From the NCBI GenBank assembly GCA_002269645.1, contig NIVC01002030.1, positions 50,000 through 113,999 of the forward strand: a stretch of 64,000 nt of DNA. Direction: 5' to 3'. This DNA is from Macrostomum lignano. Its lineage: Eukaryota. The notes beneath the pieces were generated by a model, which worked only from the letters and a program-made list of their open reading frames with translations, was not told the origin of the DNA and made no database searches. Below are positions 49,279 to 60,500 of this stretch, piece by piece (position 1 is the stretch's first letter; each line of letters opens with the position of its first letter). A program made the position numbers and the translations under genes.

Positions 49279-49436
49279 GGTTTCCATTCCATATGAATAG
49301 GGTCATAGAACTCCTTGGTTCATGTGGTGGTTTCCATTCCAGATGAATAGGGTCATAGAATTCCATGGTTCTTGCAGTGGTTTCCATTCCAGATGAATAG
49401 GGTCATAGAACTCCATGGTTCATGTGATGGTTTCCT
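49279..49436. repeat. 50-bp tandem repeat, 3 copies
   Basis: Unit GGTTTCCATTCCAGATGAATAGGGTCATAGAACTCCATGGTTCATGTGGT. Confidence 0.85.
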
Positions 49437-49785
49437 TTCCAGACGCAGTGCAAAGCTCCGTTACGCCCCTGAATTTCAATAGGAAGGTCTGCATTTGCTT
49501 ATCTCGCGCCAGCAATTAATAACACTGTCTGGGGCGCTGCAAGCTGGGTGAATTTACATGTGTAGGAACAGCAGACTTGGGTACATTCTGTCCTGTGCCT
49601 GAATTCGTATGCTTCAATAAGTACAAGACATCCTTTGCGTTGCAAATGATTGCTCTCGCTGAAGTTCGCTGGGTACAGTATTGGCCGAAGGGTGCTCCTG
49701 CGAGTATGTACGAATGAATCTTCAGAGCTGAAGATTTTTTCGAACTGGATTCTCCTAACCCCAACCCTCAGCAGCCGCAGCCGAC

Positions 49786-51628
49786 ATGCCTGACTACGAG
49801 GTTTCTATCACCTGCAAAGACCTGGCCGACAAAGACCTGTTCAGCAAGTCCGATCCAGTGCTCATCCTGCTGGAGAATGTGCCCAACTCCAAACGATTCA
49901 TCGAAGTTGGCAAAACCGAGCTCATCAAGGACTGCTTGAATCCGCAGTTCTCCCGGAAGTTCCGATTGTCCGCCGCTCAGGATCAGAATCCCAAGCTGCG
50001 GGTTGCCGTTGTCGATATTGACAACTTTGAGGATGTGGAGAAAATTGCCGATCAGGAGTTTATCGGTGAGCAGAGTGGAGAGTTTATTGATGAGTTTATC
50101 GGTGAGCAGAGTGGAGAGTTTATTGATGAGTTTATCGGTGAGCAGAGTGGAGAGTTTATTGATGAGTTTATCGGTGAGCAGAGTGGAGAGTTTATTGATG
50201 AGTTTATCGGTGAGCAGAGTGGAGAGTTTATTGATGAGTTTATCGGTGAGCAGAGTGGAGAGTTTATTGATGAGTTTATCGGTGAGCAGAGTGGAGAGTT
50301 TATTGATGAGTTTACCGGTGAGCAGAGTGGAGAGTTTATTGATGAGTTTATCGGTGAGCAGAGTGGAGAGTTTATTGATGAGTTTATCGGTGAGCAGAGT
50401 GGAGAGTTTATTGATGAGTTTATCGGTGAGCAGAGTGGAGAGTTTATTGATGAGTTTATCGGTGAGCAGAGTGGAGAATTTATTGATGAGTTTATCGGTG
50501 AGCAGAGTGGAGAGTTTATTGATGAGTTTACCGGTGAGCAGAGTGGAGAGTTTATTGATGAGTTTACCGGTGAGCAGAGTGGAGAGTTTATTGATGAGTT
50601 TATCGGTGAGTATAGAGTGGAGAGTTTATTGATGAGTTTATCGGTGAGCAGAGTGGAGAGTTTATTGATGAGTTTACCGGTGAGCAGAGTGGAAAGTTTA
50701 TTGATGAGTTTACCGGTGAGCAGAGTGGAGAGTTTATTGATGAGTTTACCGGTGAGCAGAGTGGAAAGTTTATTGAAGAGTTTATCGGTGAGCAGAGTGG
50801 AGAGTTTATTGATGAGTTTACCGGTGAGCAGAGTGGAAAGTTTATTGAAGAGTTTATCGGTGAGTAGAGTGGAGGGCTTAAATTGATGAGTTTAACATTG
50901 AGTGGGGTGGAGGGTTTATCGATGACTTTAACGGTGAGCAGAGTAGAGGGTTTGTTATATAGCATGGTGTATTTCTGCACCATTTTGCCAGATTTTGACC
51001 TTTTCGTTTTTCAGGCGGCCACACAAATGGTTAACAATTTTCGCATCTCCTACTTGTAGTAGAAATATGCCAATTTTTCTCACTCGCAGGCCGGGCAGAT
51101 TTTCATTTGTCGGACCTGGTGACCAGCCCAGTGTTCACCGCCAGCCTCGGCAGGGACTGCGGCCTCGTCACCCTCAAGACGTCGCCCTACGATGCCCGAC
51201 TCGACGGCCTCGTCTCCATGGAGATCGGCAGCGGCAGCGACCCCGACGGCCTACTGAAAGGTGGCTCGAATTTCCTAGAAATCCACCGGGCCGACCACGC
51301 GGCCACGCTGGCCGACGTTGGCCGGGTTTGCTCGTCGGCTTACAGCCTGGCGCACCGGACCGACCAGCTGCAGGGCGCCGACTTCCGGCTGGCCGACCTG
51401 TCGCTGTTCACCCTGTGCCGCGGCGACCCGCACCGCCTGCTCCGACTGGAGTGCTGGCGCCGTGGCAGCCGCGGCTCCCACCGCCTGCTGGCTAGCGGGC
51501 ACACCAGCCTGGAGGAGCTGCGGCAGCTGGCGGAGGCCGGCGGCGACGGCGTTGAACTCGCAGATCAGCGAGGCCGCACCCTGCGCCTGACGGTCAGGGC
51601 GGTCAGCGTCAGCCCCTACAAAGGCTGA
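49786..51628 (+). CDS. Copine-like tandem C2-domain protein without vWA domain; 2 exons (49786-50065, 51090-51628), 272 aa with the first donor
   Basis: C2A has copine motifs: CKDLADKDLFSKSDP, EVGKTELIKDCLNPQFSRKF, LRVAVVDID, EFIG|RADFHLSDLV. Phase-1 splice from ATCG|GTGAGC to CTCGCAG|GC. A second, degenerate C2 follows, then a stop. Confidence 0.8.
50056..50885. repeat. 36-bp minisatellite containing the exon-1 3' end plus the donor site (GAGTTTATCG|GTGAGCAGAGTGGAGAGTTTATTGAT), ~23 copies
   Basis: Directly visible; GT positions recur at 50066+36k up to 50606. Confidence 0.97.
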
Positions 51629-51808
51629 CTCGGTTCTCGGGGCTGTTCTAGAATAACTTGTTGGGTCCCTTTGGTATGTTGGCTTGGTTTAACAGTTTCA
51701 ACTACTTCTGGTTCAGTAGTAAAGAAGGCATGCGTAAGCTATTTTTAAAAAATAAAGGGCAGTTGGGGGAATGACTTTTTGGTGTGGACAGCTTGTGAAC
51801 AGCTGTAA

Positions 51809-51995
51809 TGTACATTGGCCTGTGCCACTGATAATGTACTGTGGCCAGTGTCACTGATAATGTACTTTGGCCAGTGCCACTGATAATGTACTTTGGCCAG
51901 TGCCACTGATAATGTACTGTGGCCAGTGTCACTGATAATGTACTTTAGCCAGTGCCACTGATAATGTACTTTGGCCAGTGCCACTGATAATGTAC
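51809..51995. repeat. 26-bp minisatellite downstream of the copine-like stop codon
   Basis: Unit CTTTGGCCAGTGCCACTGATAATGTA, ~7 copies. Confidence 0.9.
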
Positions 51996-53329
51996 ATGCC
52001 GGCTGGACAGAGGAAGTAGCTTTTCTTAGAAATGAAATCCAATTCGTATAATGCTTAGATTTCAATTTCCGCTGAACCGAAAATAGATTTTAGCTCGTAG
52101 TTATCTTGGTATCTGTGGCACAGAAGGATGCTGAAATGTGATGGATGCTTTGTGTCTATGTATAATAGCCTACTGAAACGAGGAGAATGTCTATGCCTCC
52201 CCCACATTTGGCAACCCCTACAACAACAACTCGAGGGGAGGGGTGGGTGGAGCGGGGTGTGGGGGGCAGCAGCATTGCATAGACATTCTCCTCGTTTCAG
52301 TAGGTTATTAAAATGTATCCCACGAATGCAAGGAGCGGAGAATATTGACTGGATTCGCGGAGATTATTAGTATTCTCAGCTCCCTGTATTCGCGGGACAC
52401 GTTTTGTCTATGGTAGAAAAAAGTGTTCAATCAACCTCACTCTGGCTCACGGCGTTAATTTTATTGTCTATGGCAGCGGAGGTTACTTAGTGAGAATCTC
52501 CGCTAGCAAAGCACTAGCGACATAGACAAGGCGTACAGGCAAAGTGGAATACATCCTTGGAACATTGAGAATAAATTATCAATGGCCAAAGGCTAAATTT
52601 TTATAAATCCAGTCAACTCTTACTGTAATCAGAAGGTTGGACTGTTGTAAAACTTATGTAAATTTTGTGCTAATACGACAGTAAAGACCATTGACTAATC
52701 ATTCAGTCGTTACAAGTAGCAAAATCAGGTCTATAATTTTTTCGCTATATATTATTCATAATTGTTTAATCCAAAGAATCGGTTCTCAAGCATGACTTTG
52801 TTACCCACTAAAACATTTTTGTTCAATCCAATTATGACAATTGTGATTTGAGAAGGCTGTTTTATAAATTGTAACTTCTCGTCGCTTTCAAATTGCTGCC
52901 TCACCGTGACACTACTGTTAGTAGCTGTTTGGCAAGTTTTTATTGTTATTTTTTTCACACCATATAAAGTTTAACATACGCTTGAATTTTTTTCAGTCTG
53001 AACTTTTGTTGTGTGCACAATGCGCAAAAAGTACAAGTCAATTTTATTTATTGTCTCAATCAGATAAGACCATTTTGGAGACTTTTAAGCGCCTGAGCAT
53101 CAGTGCTTGTGCATTGCATTGCAAGATAGCAGGAAGAAAAATGTGCCTGTTGTTACTATTAGTACTAGTAAATGGAGCTGCTTAATTATCCGTTTATTTT
53201 GCATCTGCCATCTCAAATGCCATGAAGCATGGGATTGTGGACTGAAAATGCATTGATCTAGTGAGGTGCTGCATGTCTGCTGCAGTTGTGGGTCGGGATT
53301 GAAGGATTATAGGTCACTAAACAGTGGAC

Positions 53330-53645
53330 AGACCGGTGGACAGGTCAGTGGACAAGTCGATAGACAGGTCGATAGACAGGTCGATAGACAGGTCGATAGA
53401 CAGGTCGATAGACAGGTCGATAGACAGGTCGATAGACAGGTCGATAGACAGGTCGATAGACAGGTCGATAGACAGGTCGATAGACAGGTCGATAGACAGG
53501 TCGATAGACAGGTCGATAGACAGGTCGATAGACAGGTCGATAGACAGGTCGATAGACAGGTCGATAGACAGGTCGATAGACAGATCAGTTGACAGATCAG
53601 TGGACAGGTCAGTGGACAGGTCAGTGTACAGGTCAATGGGCAGGT
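53330..53645. repeat. 12-bp minisatellite (GTCGATAGACAG)
   Basis: Directly visible; explains the QVDR and LSID ORFs. Confidence 0.96.
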
Positions 53646-53847
53646 CAGTAGTCATAGGTTTTTGAAGGAGCCTCACAAAGACAATTTCGGCTAGAAAAAG
53701 CGACAGGAAATGTTTATCCTTTAAATTAATTAAATTGATACGCAGAAGACAAAAATATATAGATGTTAATTTACAGCCAACACAGACTGGATATCTTTCA
53801 TTCACTTTCATTATAAAAATGAATAACATACAGCATTGACATTTGAG

Positions 53848-56800
53848 TTAGAGGCCGGGTTTCAGCCTCCAGATAAACTTGATGGGGCATTTCTTCTGTG
53901 CCTTTTTGCGCTGAAATGTAAACAGCCAATCGGCAGTCATGGTGAAGTCCACCGCGTTATTGAGGCTCTGCAGATGAGGAAGAATTGGGTAGGTTCTGCA
54001 GTTTGGGTAGGGACTGCAGTTTGGGTAGGTTCTGCAGTCTGGGTAGGTTCTGCAGTCTGGGTAGGTTCTGCAGTCTGGGTAGGTTCTATAATCTGGATAG
54101 GTTCTGCAGTCTGGGTAGGTTCTGCAGTCTGGGTAGGTTCTATAATCTGGATAGGTTCTGCAATCTGGGTAGGTTCTGCAATCTGGGTAGGCTCTGCAGT
54201 TTGGGTAGGTTCTGCAGTCTGGGTAGGTTCTATAATCTGGATAGGTTCTGCAATCTGGGTAGGTTCTGCAATCTGGGTAGGTTCTGCAGTTTGGGTAGGT
54301 TCTGCAGTTTGGGTAGGTTCTGCAGTTTGGGTAGGTTCTGCAGTTTGGGTAGGTTCTGCAGTCTAGGTAGGTTCTGAAATCTAGGTAGGTTCTATAATCT
54401 GGATAGGTTCTGCAATCTAGGTAGGTTCTGCAGTCTGGGTAGGTTCTGCAGTTTGGGTAGGTTCTGCAGTTTGGGTAGGTTCTGCAGTCTAGGTAGGTTC
54501 TGAAATCTAGGCAGGTTTTGCAGTCTGGGTAGGTTCTGCAGTCTGGGTAGGTTCTGCAATCTGGGTAGGTTCTGCAGTCTGGGTAGGTTCTGCAGTCTGG
54601 GTAGGTTCTGCAGTCTGGGTAGGTTCTGCAGTCTGGGTAGACTCAAACCTGTGCTAGAAATGCCCCAGTACGCACCGACAGCAGGGATTTCATGTCCTCT
54701 CGGCGGCAGGTGACGGCCACGCCGTCTTCAACCACGGCGGCCACATTTCCGGACAGTCCGACCGAGCGTCCGGACAGGTGGGCAGCCACCGCGATGAAGC
54801 TGAGCCCGGTCACTGCGGGGGGATTAACGGAGCAGCTGGTCTCAAATATTATTGAACAGCTGATTATTCAACAATGTTTAGGAGCGGAAAGTGTCTGCAT
54901 GGCGCCAAAATAGGTGTCTGCATGGCGCCAAAACTGATATCTGCATGGCACCAAAATAGGTGTCTGCATGGCGCCAAAATTGATGTCTGCATGGCGCCAA
55001 AACTAATGTCTGCATGGCACCAAAATAGGTGTCTGCATGGCACTAAAATAGGTGTCTGCATGGCGCCAAAATTGATGTCTGCATGGCGCCAAAACTAATG
55101 TCTGCATGGCACCAAAATAGGTGTCTGCATGGCACTAAAATAGGTGTCTGCATGGCACCAAAATAGGTGTCTGAATGCCCCAAAATAGGTGTCTGAATGG
55201 CACAAAAATAGGTGTCTGCATGGCGCCAAAATTGATGTCCACATGGCGCCAAAATAGGTGTCCGCAAAGCGCCAAAGCTGGGTTTAGGAGGGCGCCAAAA
55301 TTCGGCCATGTCACTGATTGAGAACCTATTGAGAGCCTTCCAACACTTTCACATTAGAGTAAAGCAACGACGCTCATGGAAACCAGCAGACAGTAATAAA
55401 TAATGTGCTCAATAGCTGTCAGATCTAATCTCCAGCCAGAATTGTTCTCAAGCTCACCTGTCGGCTTGCTGACAGTTTTGGCGCTAAACAGAGCGGTCTC
55501 CAGGCCCACCTGTTGCTGCCCGCTGCCGTTGCCGTTGCCCGGCGTCTCCTTGGCAACCAGGTGAGCGTCGGCAAACTGGCAGAGCTCGCCGCCGATGGCC
55601 AGGACTCCGTCGGTATCAGGCGAGTACAGCCGCAGCAGGGCGCCGAGATCCGGGTGGCGTTTGCGCGCGATGGACACAGAGATCTGGCCGGAGCCCTGCT
55701 CCAGGGTGATGGTGCACTCGCGGAGTCTGGGGATCATGCCCTGGCGGGGACCGAGCACGTCCTGCGGGGTTGCAGCGATTGCCGGGGTAGTGAGGTGGAC
55801 ACCAGCCTGACCTGCGGATCCTCGCACACTGACAATTCTTTGGGACAAGAGTGAATAGATGAGGAATGCGAAAAGACGGAGAGAGGGAGAGAAGCGAGAG
55901 GGAGAGAGGAGGAGAGTGAGAGGGGGGAGTAAGGGGGACAGAGAGGAGGAGAGTGAGAGAGAGAGAGAGAGGGAGAGGGGGAGGCTGAGAATGGGAGAGT
56001 AAGAGGGGGAGAGAGGGGGAGAGTGAAAGGGGGAGAATGAGAGAGGGAGAAGGGAAGAGTGAGAGTGAGGGAGGGAGAGGGGGAGAGCGAGAGGGGAAGA
56101 GTAAGAGGGGGAGAGAGGGGGAGAGTGAGAAGTGGAGAGAGGGGGAGAGTAAAAGGGGGAGAATGAGAGAGGGAGAGGGGGAGAGTGAGAGAGGGAGAGT
56201 GAGAGGGAGAGCGGAGAGCTGATGACAAGCGAAGGTGGAGATGGCTATGGGGAGACGGCACAGACAGCAATTCATTTTGAGTCGCAGCTGTATTGGGCAG
56301 TGAGATGGAAGTCACCAGCCCGGCTACAGACCGACTTATCGCGTGCCGGACACCCGGCGCGCAGAACCCATTTAGCGAACGAGGCCGAGATCCCCAGACG
56401 GGATAAAAATCCCCCCTTCCCAACAAGGATAAAGTCGCAGGCCCTGCCAGGCCGCAGCCTCAGAAACCAATTAAGGCAGCATCCTGGCGGGACTTAGTTG
56501 ACTATTTGATGGGGGAAACTGCGCCGCGTGCAGGCTGGGATGCAGTCCCCCGGGAAGGGGGGAGTTCTCACCCTCCCCAGCCCGGCCCCATGATGAATCT
56601 TCCCATAGCAGGCTGTCCCCCCCTTTGTCAGGAGGCTGATGGATGGCGGGAACGGCACTGCAGCAGGTCTCACCACTGCTTCTTTTCTGCGGGAGAAAAC
56701 TCAATTGAGTTTAGAAACTTTTTCGCTCCAGCCGGGATTAAGCAAATTAAAAGGTATGGCTAGAGAGGATCAGACTGAAAAATCCTCAATCCCCAGCGAC

Positions 56801-57473
56801 AGAGTCTCCGAGTCTATTGTACTTGGGGAGTGAACAAGGTGAATTCCTCTAATTGCTTACTGGCCCAGCTATGCTGGCTCTAAAAGCGTTTTAATTAGAA
56901 AGGCACTGGGAAGGGACTACACAACTAACAATTCAGGCTTGGGGAGAAAGCCAAGAGAGATAGAAAATAGGGTTAGATGGGTGCTATTCAGGGAGAAAAG
57001 GGGAGGGCGAGTAAGGGGGAGAAGGGGAGGAAGAGATTAAGGGGGAGATGGGGAGGGAGATTAAGGGAGAGATAGGGAGGAAGATTAAGGGGGAGATGGG
57101 GAGGGAGATTAAGGGGGAGATGGGGAGGAAGATTCAGGGGGAGATGGGGAGGGAGATTAAGGGGGAGATGGGGAGGAAGATTAAGGGGGGATGGGGAGGA
57201 AGATTAAGGGGGAGATGGGGAGGAAGATTAAGGGGGAGATGGGGAGGAAGATGAAGGGGGAGATGGGGAGGAAGATTAAGAGGGAGATGGGGAGGAAGAT
57301 TAAGGGGGATGGGGAGGAAGATCAAGGGGGAGATGGGAGGGTGAGAACAAGGGGAGAAGGGAAGGGAGAGAGAAAGGAGAGAGATTATAACATCCTAAAC
57401 CTAAAATTTTTCTAGCAGATTAATCTAGACTACAAAATATCAGTGTTCGTTAAATCTAATGGCTTATTTTTTT

Positions 57474-57510
<37 letters not shown>

Positions 57511-60500
57511 ACAGTGGCAGCAGTCCCATACTCACCTTGAACATGGAGTACACGGAGCGGCTGGGGTCGTGGAACAGGGCAGGCCGGTACCTGTGGCTGA
57601 TCAGTGAGCACGGGTACACGCCCTCCTCCTCGCCGAGCCTGAGCAGCAGCCTCAGCGGGGCGTGCATGAGATAGGGCACCTCTCTGGTGTGCACCAGCCG
57701 GCACACCAGCAGGCTGCCGAAGTCGGCCGGATTAACCAGGCCGTGGAAGCACTGGCCGCTTTCCATGAAGTACAGCACTCCGCCGATGAAGGCGCTGCCT
57801 AGGAATGCGCTGCCCGGCTGGAACACCGTGTGGTCCAGGTCGCCAACCACCTCGCCTGCGGTATCACCCGGTTTAGTGACTGGCGAATTGTCTGACTCAT
57901 TGACTTACTAATATACTGACTCATTTTCTGACTCATTGACTGACTAATTTTATGACTCATTGACTGACTCATTGACTGACTCATTGACTGACTCATTGAC
58001 TTACTAATATACTGACTCATTTTCTGACTTATTGACTGACTCATTGACTGAGTCATTGACTCACTAATATACTGATTCATTTTCTGACTCATTGACGACT
58101 CATTGACTGACTCATTGATTTACTAATATACTGACTCATTTTCTGACTCATTGAGGACTCATTGAGGACTCATTGATTTACTAATATACTGACTCATTTT
58201 CTGACTCATTGACGACTAATATACTGACTCATTGACTTACTAATACAATGACTCATTTTTTCGTTCATTTGTTTTTTAATGATAGATTTTCCTACATGCT
58301 CTGACTCACTATCATAGCACAATATCCTATTGTCTCACGATTCACTATCTAACAGTTTATGATAGTTTATCAGAGTCTATCACGAATTTTCTCACCCTCC
58401 TTGGCCTTTTTGAGCACTCCGGTGAACAGCTGGACAATGTCAGGCGGCACCCCGCTGTCCATTGCCAGGTGCTCCAGCACCATCAGCAGGTCCGTCTGGC
58501 CTAGCTTGCGGAGACCTTCGCTGCGGAACACCCATACAGTCTTCTGGGAGCAGCAGACCACTGGAGCAGTGGAGCAGGTATGTGAGGTAGTGAGAGTTGA
58601 TACGGGTTAAGGGGGCAAGTCAGGGGTAATCCAACAGGGGAAATCCAACAGGGGAATCCAACAGGCGAAATCCAACAGGGGAATTCCAACAGGGGAAATC
58701 CAACAAGGGAAACCCAACAGGGGAAATCTAACAGGCGAAATCCAACAGGAGAAATCCAACAGGAAATCCAACAGAGGAAAACCAACAGGGGAAATCCAAC
58801 AGGAGAAACCCAACAGGAGAAATCTAACAGGCGAAATCCAACAGGAGAAATCGAACAGGAAATCCAACAGGGGAAATCCAACAGGAGAAACCCAACAGGG
58901 GAAATCCAACAGGGGAAATCCAACAGGGGAAATCCAACAGGGGAACCCAACAGGGGAACCCAACAGGGGAAATCCAACAGGGGAAATCTAACAGGCGAAA
59001 TCCAAAAGGAGAAATCCAACAGGAAATCCAACAGAGGAAAACCAAAAGGGGAAATCCAACAGGAGAAACTCAACAGGGGAAATCTAACAGGCGAAATCCA
59101 ACAGGAGAAATCGAACAGGAAATCCAACAGGGGAAATCCAACAGGAAAAACCCAACAGGGGAAATCCAACAGGGGAAATCCAACAGGGGAACCCAACAGG
59201 GGAACCCAACAGGGGAAATCCAACAGGGGAAATCTAACAGGCGAAATCCAAAAGGAGAAATCCAACAGGAAATCCAACAGAGGAAAACCAAAAGGGGAAA
59301 TCCAACAGGAGAAACTCAACAGGGGAAATCTAACAGGCGAAATCCAACAGGTGAAATCGAACAGGAAATCCAACAGGGGAAATCCGACAGGGGAAATCCA
59401 ACAGGGGAAATCCAACAGGAAAAACCCAACAGGGGAAATCCAACAGGGGAAATCCAACAGGGGAAATCCAACAGGGAACCCAACAGGGGAACCCAACAGG
59501 GGAAATCCAACAGGAGAAATCCAACAGGCGAAATCCTACAGGGGAAATCCAACAGGGAAAATCCAACAGGGGAAATCCAACAGGAAAAATCCAACAGGGG
59601 AAATCCAACAAAAGAAATCCTACAGGGGAACCCAACAGGGGAACCCAACAGGGGAAATCCAACAGGGGGAATCCAACAGGAAAAATCCTACAGGGGAAAT
59701 CCAACAGGGGAAATCCAACAAGGGAAACCCAACAGGGGAAATCTAACAGGCGAAATCCAACAGGAGAAATCCAACAGGAAATCCAACAGGAGAAATCCAA
59801 CAGGAAATCCAACAGAGGAAAACCAACAGGGGAAATCCAACAGGAGAAACCCAACAGGGGAAATCTAACAGGCGAAATCCAACAGGAGAAATCCAACAGG
59901 AAATCCAACAGGGGAAATCCAACAGGGGAAATCCAACAAGGGAAACCCAACAGGGGAAATCTAACAGGAGAAATCCTACAGGGGAACCCAACAGGAAAAA
60001 TCCACACAGGGGAAATCCAACAAGAGAAATCCTACAGGGGAACCCAACAGGGAACCCAACAGGGGAAATCCAACAGGGGAAATCCAACAGGCGAAATCCT
60101 ACAGGGGAAGTCCAACAGGGGAAATCCAACAGGAGAAATCCAACAGGGGAAATCCAACAGGAGAAATCCAACAGGGGAAATCCAACAGGGGAAATCCAAC
60201 AGGGGAAATCCAATAGGAGAAATCCCACAGGGGAACCCAACAAGGGAACCCAACAGGGGAAATCCAACAGGGGAAATCCAACAGGGGAAATCCAACAGGC
60301 GAAATCCAACAGGGAAAATCCAACAGGGGAAATCCAACAGGAGAAATTAAACAGGGAAATCCAACAGGGGAAATCCAACAGGGGAAATCCAACAAGGAGA
60401 ATCCGACGCGGAAAATCCAACAAGGGAAATCCGACGCGGAAAATCCAACAGGGGAATCCAGCAGGAATAATGCAGCAGGGATAATCCAGCAAGGATAATC

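Noticed and set aside
49786-50886. Single-exon 366-aa ORF as the real copine-like product
   Set aside because: It omits the final C2A strand and C2B encoded from 51090; the spliced model is phase-consistent.
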